From: Hypanus sabinus | Lineage: Eukaryota | Direction: 5' to 3' | DNA: 64,000 nucleotides | NCBI RefSeq assembly: GCF_030144855.1 | Contig: NW_026781263.1 | Span: forward strand, 124,001-188,000 | Shown: one piece after another, positions 24,380 to 36,935 of the stretch | How positions within the stretch are numbered: position 1 is the stretch's first letter | How the letters are laid out: every line of letters starts with the position of its first letter | Program-made: the position numbers and the translations under genes | The notes under the pieces: model-generated | Database searches by the model: none | What the model saw: the letters and a program-made list of their open reading frames with translations, nothing else | What the model was told of the DNA's origin: nothing

Positions 24380-27030
24380 ATTTACAATTATGGAGATAAA
24401 CCCACAATTGCTTTGCGAGAAAATTAATAAACGAAACTCCCTGAAAACGTTTCCATTTTCAAGCAGTACCTGTGTTTCTATCAGATGTGCTTTGCCTTTA
24501 TTTCAGTAAAATACTCTGCTTTCCTGTAAAATTGTTTGGTAATTTTCCTTCTGTCAAATGTGTTTTACCTCGCACTTTAAATCACCCGGGTATCGAATAC
24601 AGAGAACTGATCGATCCATTCTCTAATTGTCCATTACCTCCACATTTGGAGCGATGATACAATGGCGGCCGATCCCGACATCCATTCCCTCTCCCCCTTG
24701 GCCCGTGTTTTCACTGTAATTAATGTTCCAGTTCGGCTGCTCTACCAGCTTGCTACTAGGAAGATGGTTGTCCTTGTTCTGTCTGGCGGAAGCTTACTGC
24801 TTTCAGCACAATATAAATGAGTTATAATTTTGTTTCGGCCCAACTTCGCTTTGTTTTGACGTCGCATAAGTTCACCTTCCCAACTTCATAAAGTAAATAC
24901 AAATTGCCCTTGAAATAGCACGATTTCAGCCCCTTCACGGTAATAATGTCGAACGTGAGGAAAGCTATAAGCAATTTAGATTCGCCATTTTATACATTCA
25001 ACTAATTTCATAGTATATATTTTCTCAATTCCTACATTGAGTGCGAGCCGTTATAATGCCGGTCTTGGAAACTATATTCCTGTTTTATACATTCCCGTCT
25101 TTTATTAATTTTTCCAGGATGTTGCGCGTGATGGGATTGAACTGCGGCCTCTCCGCCGTGTCACGAGTCGCAAGGAACTGCGTTGTGACCAATGACTGTG
25201 AAATGATAACTCCGAATCTGTAATCGCGGCAGTTTAAAATAATGAGTGGAGATCTAAATATTCGGAAGATCTGCATAAAGAGGATGCAGCGAGGACGTTT
25301 CCTGTAGTGAAGGAGTGTAGATCCAGAGATGACAGCCTTGGAATTAAGTGACGCCCCTTTGGAACACAGACGAAAGGGGAAATAAAACTTTAACCAGGGG
25401 ACGGTAAATCCGTGGACACGACAGGCACAGTCGGTTGTGTAGGTCAAGTCACTGACTACAGTTAAGGCCAAGTTTTAGAGCATTCGGGTTAATCAGGGCT
25501 TCAAACGTTCTGGAAGAGCAGGAGAATAGCGTTGAAAGGGATAATAAATCAGCCATGTTGGCGGCATCGGCTGACCGAGTGACCTAATTCCTCTTCTAGC
25601 GTCTTCTGGTTTATGGAATTCGTTCTCACTTAACAACATATCACTTCAGTTTCTCGAGTCTTCAACGCCTGCTCCGGATTTTAAGCTGTAAATCCAAAAT
25701 CACAAACGCCTGGTGTCCTTCTATCTGACCTTCCACCTGAACTGAAGATTAACATACTCCAATTCTTGCAGGATTTTTTCGTTAACAAATTAATTAAATA
25801 TCCATGTGTGCTAGTGTGAGACATAAACTACAACATGCATGTTCCAATGCCCTATGCCTCCCGCCCAACCGATCACATTCTCTCCGGTCACTGTGCATCA
25901 TCTTGCATGCATCAACAGGCTATCGCGAATACGACTGGAAAACCAGCCGTCTGCCCGCGTCCTCGTACGACATTGACCTCCATTATATTAAAATATGCTT
26001 GTACAGCATAATAGATCTGAGAAATAGTAATCAATTAACTGTTCTTATCTCGACCTGCCCAGAATTATCTCCAAATAAAACTGACCTGCTGTTGGTGAAC
26101 TCTGCCCAGTTAAGTGAATGATGTAATAGCGTTGAAAAACACTTTACGGAATACGCCCCAGTGGAGCAACTTCATCTATTGACTGAGCCCCAACTTTGAA
26201 GTTGCCCTTTCCTCTTATTCGGAATTTCTGGAAACACATTGCGCAATCCGAATTGCTATATCACTTTTGAAACGTTAAGTTCATGTCAAGTTGTCTCCAC
26301 TTACTGAAATATCAGAATTGTCTGGAATTTCCTGCCTACGTTGTGCCACTTTGTTTACCGTTACTCTTTCCGAGGAAAAGTTGCGGAAGGGGTGCGTTTG
26401 CTGTAAGTTCAGTTTAACCTTCGGAAGGAAGCGTAGATGCGCACTTCAATTACACTACCCCTCTCCTTGGAGATACCGCGCTTGGAGTTCTGTGAACAGT
26501 TTTGGCCGCCCTGTTATATGAAAGGCAGAAGTCCGCTGAAAAGAGAGCAGACAGTATTCACAAAGATGCTGCAGGGACTCTCGGGGTTGAGTTACAGGCA
26601 GAGGTTCGGCCGAGTGACATTTTATTGAGGGCAGAAATGTAGCTGGATTACGATCGACGTTTTCTCACATAGAAGTTGCTTTGTGTTTTGAACAACCTGA
26701 CAAAGGAAACGGGAGCAACAGAGTCGTTAACAATATTTGAAGTGCACATGGACAGTTTGACGAATCTGAACCAATCACGGACAATGGTATTAGATCGCCA
26801 CGTCGGTCAGCATGGAGATATTGGGTCGAAGCACCCATGCGCTCCTGTAAATCGCTTCATGCTGCTGTCACGTGTTCAAACAAACAATGTATCATTTTAC
26901 TTCCACTGATAATGTCCAGCAGAGTTGAACGATGGGTTTTATTTCTAGGAAACAAATGATAACTGTGTTTCTACAAAAAATGCGTTTGATTTTGTTTATT
27001 TTTATTTTTGGTCTATTTTTTTCACTGCAG

Positions 27031-27961
27031 TTAACCTTGTGGCGATCATCATTCTCAGCCGAGGAAACTGCGGTCTCTCCAAATGCATCACGCGTTACCT
27101 GGTGGCGATGGCTGCGGCGGATCTAATGGTGTAATTATCGAAGTCCTGTTCTACCAGATGGATCAAGCAAACGGATTTCATTTCGGAATCCTGGACCACG
27201 CTCCGTTCTGGCTTCTCCACTACGTCATGTGTCACGTGACCGTTGACTGTTCCGTGTGGTTTACTGTCGCTTTCACTTTCGATCGCATTGTGGCCATTTG
27301 CTGCGCTAAATTTAAAACTAAATACTGCATCCCCAGAGTTGCAGGACTGGTGATTGTTGCAATATCTGTCGGTTTCTGTTTAAAAAACATCCCATTTTAT
27401 TTCCTCTATATGAATGGAGCAACTTTGTTGGTAAATGGTAACTGGGTCTGTACCAACAGGCCTGCACTTCCTTTCACGGGACCGTTTGAGGGGTTTTATT
27501 GGGTGGACCGTCTATTGAATCCGCTACTTCCTTTCTTCCTCATTTTGACCCTCAATGCTCTGACCGTCAGACAGATACTGGCGGCGAGCAGAGTCCGCAG
27601 GGGACTGATGGGACGGGGAAATTGCGGTAAACAGCGAGATCCGGAGATGGAGAGTCGAAGACTATCCATCATTCTGCTTTTCAGCCTGTCGGCGAGTTTC
27701 CTTCTCTGTCGGGCGACAACCACTCTGGTCTTTATTCTCATGCAATGCCTCTGCATCGACCTGGAAACGTCCATTCGGCTTTATCAGGCACAGCTTGCGG
27801 GTTCTGTGATTCAGAACTTCAGCAGCTGCGCAAATACTTTTATCTACGATGTGACACAGACCAGATTCAGAGAGCAGTTGGAAGTTATTTTGATCTCCCC
27901 CGCTAATTTTGTTTTGAAAAATTTTAGAAGTCTTTACCGCTCAGTCGAAAGGGTCAATTAA
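27031..27961 (+). pseudogene. GPR139-like paralogue 3, exon 2 (one -1 frameshift; exon 1 uncertain)
   Basis: CAG acceptor at 27028-27030. VNLVAIIILSRGNCGLSKCITRYLVAMAAADLM, then a 1-nt deletion at ~27130 (atggtgtaatt versus atggtggtgatt in paralogue 2). Remainder open to TAA at 27961. Confidence 0.88.
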
Positions 27962-28084
27962 TTTTGACATTCAGAAAATAAATTCACACCTGCTCTACAA
28001 GCGCTTAAATAAATTGAACTTCCTGGAAACGTTGTTGTTCCCAGCAGTTCAGCCTTTCCATTATTTCAGGAAATGAGGTATAGT

Positions 28085-29225
28085 TATTTATATATAGGTT
28101 GTGGAGATAATCAGGTAAGAAGTTGTGAAAGGGAGACATGAATGCGGAATGGTGAAGAGGTTGTGGGGTTGAGTGTGGGCAATGACCAGCCATTAGAGAA
28201 ATCGATGTTCATGCCAGGATATTGGAGGCTACCCTGAAGGAATACAAGGTGTCAGTACTCGAACCTGTGTGTCGCCGTCTTGGCAGTAGAGGAGGCCGCG
28301 GATTGACATGTCAGAATGGGAACGGGAAGTAGAATCGAAAGAGGAGTCCATCGCTTTTCGTGGCAGGTGCTTGACGAGCGGGAGGGGCCTTCCGATCTTC
28401 GTTGGGTCTCACTGATATATAGGAGCTCTCAACGACCGGATACACTAGATGACCCCAACGGATTCGCAGGTGAGGTGTCGCCACACCTGGAAGGACTGTT
28501 TGGGGTCTGAGGGAGGGGGTGTAAGGGCAGATGTTGTGCTTGTTTCAGTTGCCATGATAAGTGCCAGGAGGAAGATCAGTGGGGAGGGACAAGAGAGTCA
28601 CACAGGGAGTCACCCTGCAGAAAGCAGAAATGGTCGGGAGTTGCATGAGGACGGGAAGATGTGCTCGGTAGTGGAATCCCGTTGGAGGTGGTGGAAGTTA
28701 TGTACAATTATGTGCAGAATGTGCATTGTGTTGTGGTAAGTGAGGACAAGAGGGACACTATCCGTGATGGGGCGGCGGGAGGATGGTGTAAGGGCAGATG
28801 TGTGTGAAATGGAAGAGATGCGGGTGAGGCAGCTTTAATGTTGGGGGAGAGGAAGTACCTTTCTTTGAAGAAGGAGGACATCTCAGTTGCTCTGGGATGA
28901 AAAGCCTCAGCCTGAGAGCAGATACAGAGGGGACGGAGGAGCTGAAAGAAGGGGTGGCATGAGGTACCGTCCGGACAGCTGTGAGTCTGTAGGTTTATTA
29001 AATATACCAGTGGATAGACTGTCTCCGGAGATGAAGGCAGAGATGGAGAAGGGAAGAGAGGAGTCGGAAATGGACCAGGTAAGTTTGAGGGCAGGGTGGA
29101 AGTCGGAGGCAAACTTGAATAATTCGACGAGTTCTGCACGAGTGCGGGAAGCAGCAACTGTGCAATCGTCGATGTCGTGTTGGATGATTTGGGGATCGTT
29201 GCTGCTGTAGGCTTGGAACAAGTCC
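28085..29225 (-). mobile_element. Penelope-like retroelement remnant (RT C-terminus and GIY-YIG endonuclease)
   Basis: ORF 28907-29221 reads DIDDCTVAASRTRAELVELFKFASDFHPALKLTWSISDSSLPF...KPTDS. Downstream FQV.RHLTCESVGVI*CIR...LLYISET (28390-28495) matches the GIY-YIG signature. Confidence 0.85.
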
Positions 29226-29229
29226 AGCT

Positions 29230-29670
29230 GACATCCAACTTGATGCTTTCCAAATGCTCCAGCACATCTTTTCCATAATATTTACATGCTCAGGCTTTTC
29301 AGTCCGCTGTAGCTTATCCCTATAATCGTCAAGATCCTTTCTCCGTAGTGAATACTGAAACAATGTACTCATTAAGTACCTCCGCTATCTCCCCCGGTTC
29401 TATACGCTCTTTTCAACTGTCACACTTGAATGGTTCTATTCTCTCATTTCTTTTACTCTTCACATACTTGTAGAAGGCCTTGGGGTTTTCCTTAATCCTG
29501 TCCATCAAGGCCTTCTCATGGCCCCTTCCGGCTCTCCTAATTTCGTTCTTGAGCTCCTTCCTGCTAACGTTATAATCTTCCAGCTCTCTATCATTACCCA
29601 GTTTTTTAAACCTTTCGTAAGCTCTTCCTTTCTCTTGACTAGATTTACCACAGCTTTTGTACATTTTGTT
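29230..29670 (-). mobile_element. CR1 LINE ORF2 linker fragment
   Basis: ELKNEIRRAGRGHEKALMDRIKENPKAFYKYVKSKR and LEHLESIKLD. Confidence 0.8.
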
Positions 29671-30099
29671 CGGCTTCTCTGCTCCAGGACGAGTAATAAC
29701 AGCTTTTCCGGTCTTACCTGCGTCTGAGGTTCCTTAGCGGTGGAAATATCCCCAGGAATATTCTCGGCTGCATGACGGATACGTCCACATCCATCCTAAA
29801 TTGACGGGACCTGAATTGGGACCCACAGCCCAGATGTGCCCAGCCCTGCTCCAACATATTCCTGTTTCTGCCTCTGGGCTTCGAAGTGTCCGATGACCCT
29901 CACTCCCCACTCTCTCAACGAAGCAGTCCAACGCATCACAAGCACATCGCTTCTCGGAGTGAGCAGTATCTACAGGATGCTCCTCCTCAAGAAAGAAACA
30001 GCGTCATCAAAGGTCCCGTCATTCAGGTCATTCCGTCTGTCACAGCTGCAGACAGACAGGACCCGTATGCGTGTCACGTGCTTTTGTCGTCATGCGGTA

Positions 30100-30740
30100 A
30101 CCATGCATTCCATTACAGAATAACACAGTTATAAATTATTCTAACTACAGAAATAAATGAAATATGTCGTGAAGAACGAAATAGAAAAATCCAGAGAAAG
30201 ATTTCATCAGCGGATCGATCTCCATTCACAAATCTGATTGCGGATGGGCAGAAGCTGCTCCTGAAACGCTGAGTGTGTGTGGTCGGGCCCCTGTGCCCTC
30301 TCGGCGAGCGAAGTGGGGTGGGGTGAGCTCTTTTCTGATGGACGCAGCATTTTGAGGCATCCATCAGTTTTTTGACGGTATCTTGTGTGCGTGGGAGGCT
30401 AGCGCCTGTGATGCAGCCTACCGAGAAAACATCTTCCAGCAGACTGTTCTGATCCTGTGCAGTGGCCCCTCCATGGCGGACGGTGATGCTTTCAGTTAGA
30501 ATGCTCTCCACGGTACATCTGTCGAAATGTGCGAGAGTCCTGCGTGACAGACCGATTCCTCTCAAACTCTGAATAAACTACAGCCGCAGTCGAGCTCTCT
30601 TTGAGACTGTATCAATATATTGTGCCGGGAATGGATCCTCAAAGAGGTTAACACGAATGAAATTGAAACTGCTCACTCCTTCCACTTCCGGTCCGTCAAC
30701 GAGAGGACTGTTGGATGTTCCGTCGACCTCCCCTTCCTGA
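30100..30740 (-). mobile_element. Rex1/Babar-like LINE 3' fragment
   Basis: ORF 30113-30565 reads TLAHFDRCTVESILTESITVRHGGATAQDQNSL...RFRSSFCPSAIRFVN. Confidence 0.7.
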
Positions 30741-31656
30741 GCACGGAGGCTGTGGGGAAGATCCGGCAGAACCTGAAAATGTTATGAGAGGCCTAGAAGG
30801 AGAATTATTGTGGCCAAGGTAGAAATATCAAGTCAGTGATGGTTTGTTTTTAACGCGAGAGGAGAGTAGCTTAGAGGAAATGCGCCGGACAAGTTTGTGT
30901 TTTTTTTTTCCACAGATAATGGTGGGTGCCAGGAAAATTTCTCAAGTGTGGCAGTCGGTAATACATTGTTGTTTACGACGTTGTTGGCTTAGCAGATGTA
31001 CAGACAGTGAATGAACGGAGATGGGCTATGTACAGTCAACAGAGTTCAGTCTCATTCGGTATCTTGTTGAGCGCAGGGATTGTTCCTGTTCTCTGTTGTT
31101 CCATGATCCCAACATCTCCAGGTGATGTGTTCACATTGTGATAACAGTCTGTTCAGCATCTTAGGTCCATTCACCCCATTCATCTCGTTCTTCTGCACTG
31201 ATGGCTGTAATATCGGACAGTGTATAATGCAACACCGGAGTAACTCTTCCGCGCATCATGTCCCTGACGAGGGGAATATTCCCGGCTGCGCAGTGACATA
31301 ATCAGTGACGTAATCAGTGCCGCCAAATTTCTCAGGATTCTTCCATCAACCGCGTGCTGCAGTGAGCAGCTTTGGGTGATTCAAAATGTGAAACTGAGCT
31401 TCCCTCGCATTCAGACTCACAAACTCTCTCAGTGCAGCACGGAACAAGGCTGTCACAATTGTATCAATGAAAAAAGCATTGCATATTGCAGAGCAGTCTG
31501 AGGCTGTCATGAGAAAACCGAAATGAATATTATATTATTTGTGACTGGAAAATAACTCTAGTTAATTCATGGACAGGTGCACATTGAGGAATATGTGACA
31601 GAATAGTGAAATATAAGGGTGCAGAATACACGGTGAAGGGCGTAATTTAGAACTGT

Positions 31657-32272
31657 TCAAGTCAAGTCCAGTCAAGTCACATTTTATTGTCAGTTCGACC
31701 ATTACTGCTGGTACAGTTCATGGTAAAAACGAGGCAACTGTTTTCAGGACCATGGTGTTACATGAAACGGTACAAAAACTAGACTATGTAAAAGAAAAAA
31801 AAACAACACAGAATAAAACTACACTAGATTACAGACCTACCCAGGGCTGTATAAACTGCACAAAACAGTGCAGGCATTACAATAAATAATAAACAAGACA
31901 ATAGGCACGGGAGAGAGCAGTAAATTAGTGTCAGCCCAGACTCTGGCTACTGAAATGTCTGATAGTTTGCGGGGAAGAAACTGTAACATAGTCTGGTCGT
32001 GAGAGCCCGAATGCTTCAATACCTTTTCTCAGATGGCAGGAAGGAGAGGAGTTTCTATGACGGGTGCGTGGTGTCCTTCACAATGCTGGTTGCTTTCTGG
32101 AACCAGAGTGCAGTGTAAATATGCGAAATGGCGTAAGAGAGACCACGATGATCTTCTCATCTGACCTCACTATCCGCTGCAGGATCCTGCGATCCGAGAT
32201 GGTGCAATTTCCGAACCAGGCAGTGATGCAGCTGCTCAGGATGCTCGCAACACAACCCCAGTAGAATGTGAT
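31657..32272 (-). mobile_element. Rex1/Babar-like LINE 3' end inserted in copy B
   Basis: Tail tcaagtcaagtccagtcaagtcac. Minus-strand peptide ILTFYWGCVASILSSCITAWFGNCTISDRRILQRIVRSDEKII. Absent from copy A. Same family as 49310-49920. Confidence 0.8.
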
Positions 32273-32788
32273 GAGAGAAATGCATATAAATGCTGCTCCA
32301 ACGGGAAACTCGCAGCGCCTGTGGGCTTTATTTCAATTAATTTGTTAATTTAGTTGTGCACTTATTTTATTAACATAATTAAAATATTTATTTTTCTTAT
32401 TTCATTTCAACATTTCAGAGATTGTTTTACCAAACCATAGAAATATGCGGATCAGATTCTGTTCGGTTGGCCCTATGTAGTTTAATAACGAATCGCATGC
32501 AGAATGATCTTGGGCCGAACAGTCTGTCTGCCATAAGACTCTATTACGCATACGTGTACTGCTCCATACAACCGTCATCATTCATCAGTGCACTGACTCT
32601 CAAAATTTTAACGTAAACCAACTGCAAGAGGCTCTTCTTCTAAAAATAGCTCAGGGAATACAGAGTCGATTTACAGAGTATTTCCTGAATTGGAGGAACA
32701 GCGGGAAAAAAAAGAGGAAAATTCACCCGACCGGACTGAATCAGAGACTCACAGGTACAGGAGTGAGACGACAGACGTAATACTCGAG

Positions 32789-33322
32789 CAGAGACTGACA
32801 GACACAAAATGAAACCCAAACTCTCACACTGTAACAAAGACTGACAGATACAGAATGAAACCCACACTCTCACACTGTAACAGAGACTGACAGATACAGA
32901 ATGAAGCCCACACTCTCACACTGCAACAGACTGACAGACACAAAATGAAACCCAAACTCTCACACTGTAACAAAGACTGACAGATACAGAATGAAACCCA
33001 CACTCTCACACTGTAACAGAGACTGACTGATACAGAATGAACCCACACTCTCACACTGTAGCAGAGACTGACAGATACAGAATGAACCCACACTCTCACA
33101 CTGTAGCAGAGACTGAGAGATACAGAATGAAACCCACACTCTCACACTGTAGCAGTGACTGACAGATACAGAATGAACCCACACTCTCACACTGTAACGG
33201 ATACTGACAGATGCAGAATGAAACCCACACTCTTACACTGTAGCAGAGACTGAGAGATACAGAATAAAATGCATTCTCTCGCACTAAACCAGAGACTGAC
33301 AGATACAGCCACCCACACTCTC
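32789..33322. repeat. 46-bp minisatellite (~11 copies)
   Basis: Same unit as 18490-18806. Confidence 0.95.
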
Positions 33323-33840
33323 AAATTCCTCCAGGGAATGATATCTGCAAAAATGAACCCCGCACTGTCACCTTGCACCGGAGACAGGTGGGTGCAAAAT
33401 GAGCCACCTTTTAACATTATACCGGCGACAATTCAGTGGAGATTTAAACCCACACTCTCATGCTATTCGACTGAATGTCTCCCGTTGGTTGTTTGTCTCT
33501 GCACTGCTGTCGGTCTCTCTCACTAGTTCTTCATTTCATTTAAAATGGATATGAAGTCTCTCTTCCTTTTCGGCTTGAAGTCTACTGCATGATCAGCGGT
33601 CTGGTGGACTGAGTAATTACGCGATATCTCCCTACTCCCTATTCATTTTGCCCTCTAGTTTCTACAACGTGGTACTGCGGCTGCTGAAAGATCTCTTCTG
33701 TTTCTTCTCTCCCTTTATCGATGATAAGATCAATTGTAAGATACCCTATTTCACTGGTTCAGTGCAGGAAGTGAAAGGAACGGACAGGGTATGAGGCAAT
33801 AAATTTAATACATGCACTAGTGTAAATTTGCCGGTAAGAA

Positions 33841-33842
<2 letters not shown>

Positions 33843-33896
<54 letters not shown>

Positions 33897-33920
33897 ACAG
33901 TGTGTGTGTGAGAGAGAGAG
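33843..33920. repeat. (GT)n(GA)n compound microsatellite
   Basis: Directly visible; lies just before the gap. Confidence 0.9.
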
Positions 33921-33945
33921 GGAAAATGTGCTTGTGTGCCGTGTG

Positions 33946-34105
33946 NNNNNNNNNNNNNNNNNNNNNNNNNNNNNNNNNNNNNNNNNNNNNNNNNNNNNNN
34001 NNNNNNNNNNNNNNNNNNNNNNNNNNNNNNNNNNNNNNNNNNNNNNNNNNNNNNNNNNNNNNNNNNNNNNNNNNNNNNNNNNNNNNNNNNNNNNNNNNNN
34101 NNNNN
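33946..34105. other. Assembly gap (160 N)
   Basis: Run of N. Confidence 1.
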
Positions 34106-34539
34106 CTGATGATGTGACCTTACCTGGCGATCCTGCATTTATTTCTACAAGGGCACCTCGGAGGGAATGACAAGGACACGGGTATTTTTATGTTAAAGCA
34201 GCAGATGAAGACCTCTGTGTACCGAGTGGAATCTATACATGGCAGAGAATATTCTTTTCAATGATGCCTGTATTCTCACCAGAGACATACATGTTGATGG
34301 TTGCGTTTTTAACCCACAGTCAATGGACTTATCCGCCCATTATATTCCTACAGCTAACTGAACGCCACAGTATTTCAGCCTCTCACTGTTCCTCAGGTAG
34401 ATTCAACAAAGAAGACAGTTTAAGAGATGGGGGGGGGGTCTACATGGACAGATCTGGACTTCAAGATATCAGATATAATACTAATCATGGAGAAGCTGAT
34501 CACAATGACGAAAACATCGATGTCCTCCAGGTCTGTTCG

Positions 34540-36300
34540 AGAACTGGACAAGGTGTCTCTCAACAAAGCTGGTATGTTTTATATCTGATGGCACATAGTG
34601 GGACGGAGTGGGGAGAGTTTGGTGTCTGATGGGGAACTGGACAGGGTGTCTCTGTACACACCGTGTTTGTTTTATATCTGATGACACATAGTGGGACGGG
34701 GTGGGGAGGGTTTGGTATCTGATGGGGAACTGGACAGGGTGTCTCTGTACACACCGGGTGTGGTTTACATCTGATGGCACATAGTGGGACGGAGTGGGGA
34801 GGGTTTGGTGTCTGATGGGGAACTGGACAAGGTGTCTCTCAACAAAGCTGGTATGTTTTATATCTGATGGCACATAGTGGGACGGAGTGGGGAGAGTTTG
34901 GTGTCTGATGGGGAACTGGTCAGGGTGTCTCTGTACGCACCGTGTTTGTTTTATATCTGATGACACATAGTGGGACGGGGTGGGGAGGGTTTGGTATCTG
35001 ATGGGGAACTGGACAGGGTGTCTCTGTACACACCGGGTGTGGTTTACATCTGATGGCACATAGTGGGACGGAGTGGGGAGGGTTTGGTGTCTGATGGGGA
35101 ACTGGACAGGGTGTCTCTGTACACACCGTGTTTGTTTTATATCTGATGACACATAGTGGGACGGGGTGGGGTGGGTTTGGTGTCTGATGGAGAACTGGAC
35201 AGTGTGTCTCTGTCCAGAGCGGCTATGTTTTATATCTGATGACACATAGTGGGACGGGGTGGGGAGGGTTTGGTGTCTGAATGGGAACTGGACAGGGTGT
35301 CTGTAGACAGCGGGGATATTTTATATCTGATGACACATAGTGGGACGGGGTGGGGTGGGTTTGGTGTCTGATGGAGAACTGGACAGGGTGTCTCTGTACA
35401 CACCGGGGATGTTTTATATCTGATGACACATAGTGGGACGGGGTGAGGAGGGTTTGATGTCTGATGGGGAACTGGACAGGGTGTCTCTGTACACAGCGGG
35501 TATGTTTTATGTCAGATGACACATAGTGGGACGGGGTGAGGAGGGTTTGATGTCTGATGGGGAACTGGACAGGGTGTCTCTGTACACACCGGGTACGTTT
35601 TATATCTGATGACACATAGTGGGACGGGGTGGGGTGGGTTTGGTGTCTGATGGGGAACTGGACAGTGTGTCTCTGTACAGAGCGGGTATATTTTATATCT
35701 GATGACACATAGTGGGACGGGGTGGGGTGGGTTTGGTGTCTGATGGAGAACTGGACAGGGTGTCTCTGTACACACCGGGGATGTTTTATATCTGATGACA
35801 CATAGTGGGACGGGGTGAGGAGGGTTTGATGTCTGATGGGGAACTGGACAGGGTGTCTCTGTACACAGCGGGTATGTTTTATATCAGATGACACATAGTG
35901 GGACGGGGTGAGGAGGGTTTGATGTCTGATGGGGAACTGGACAGTGTGTCTCTGTACAGAGCGGGTATATTTTATATCTGATGACACATAGTGGGACGGG
36001 GTGGGGTGGGTTTGGTGTCTGATGGGGAACTGGACAGGGTGTCTCTGTACAGAACGTGTATATTTTATATCTGATGACATAGTGGGACGGGGTGGGGAGG
36101 GTTTGGTGTCTGATGGGGAACTGGACAGGGTGTCTGTAGACAGCGGGGATGTTTTATATCTGATGGCACATAGTGGGACGGTGTGGGGTGGGTTTGGTGT
36201 CTGATGGGGAACTGGACAGGGTGTCTCTGTACACACCGGGTACGTTTTATATCTGATGACACATAGTGGGACGGGGTGGGGCGGGTTTTGTGTCTGAGCG
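34540..36300. repeat. 93-bp tandem satellite (~19 copies)
   Basis: Unit approx. ggacagggtgtctctgtacacaccgggtatgttttatatctgatgacacatagtgggacggggtggggagggtttggtgtctgatggggaact. Unit starts at 34546, 34639, 34732, 34825 and onward. Confidence 0.95.
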
Positions 36301-36865
36301 GACAAAGTGGAGCTGCTGTGTAATAAATCAAATGTAAGTCTGCAGGAGGAGAGTGGGAGGGGTTTTCATGTGTCCCTGCACCCAGAACACACTGAGGGGA
36401 ATGCGGATCTATTTGTAGATAAACCAACAGGCGTAACAGTGAAACGTGCAGAAAATGCTGGAAACCTCGATTCCGGAATGCTTGTGGAATTAAAACCACA
36501 GTGAAAGTTTCAAGATTGAAAATGGGAACAGTCCTGACCTCTGTCACTATAAGTGTGGATTGTTGTGAGCAGAGTTCTCATTGTTCACTTATTGGTCTCA
36601 TTACACATTTTGGTCAAATTACACAGAGGGATCTGACTGAGGTAATGCCAATGATACTGACGTGTTTGTGTTACATGCCTACAGTATTTGCTCCTGAGAC
36701 ACTGCCGGTGATGTAATTTGTTTGTTCAATAACAATGGTGGGAGGTGGGACCTTGTCACTGGAGATCGATCCCCTGTATAAATCAGAGCCTGTTGCAGTA
36801 CGTCAGCCCAGAGTGTCTTGCCGAGCTGTGGAATTCAGAGCAATCGCGTTCACTGTGTCACTCAA

Positions 36866-36935
36866 ATGGGATATCCAGTAATCTGGCGGATAGAAGACAT
36901 TTACTACCCTGTTATTTCAGTCGTTGGGATTCCCG
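36866..36935 (+). CDS. GPR139-like GPCR paralogue 4, exon 1
   Basis: MGYPVIWRIEDIYYPVISVVGIP followed by phase-1 donor G|GTAAG. Confidence 0.88.

Larger units (their letters stand above)
31100..34540 (-). pseudogene. Decayed gene remnant, copy B (paralogous to 17455-19450)
   Basis: Collinear similarity with copy A: 31108~17461, 32275~17997, 32640~18341, 46-bp minisatellite at the same position, 34110-34400~19155-19445. Confidence 0.45.

Noticed and set aside
32789-33322. CRISPR-like array (also 18490-18806 and 34540-36300)
   Set aside because: The units are contiguous with no unique spacers, there are no cas genes, and the context is eukaryotic.
34481-36305. 254-aa and 360-aa minus-strand ORFs as real proteins or zinc fingers
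   Set aside because: They are translations of the 93-bp satellite, lack C2H2 spacing, and shift frame between blocks.
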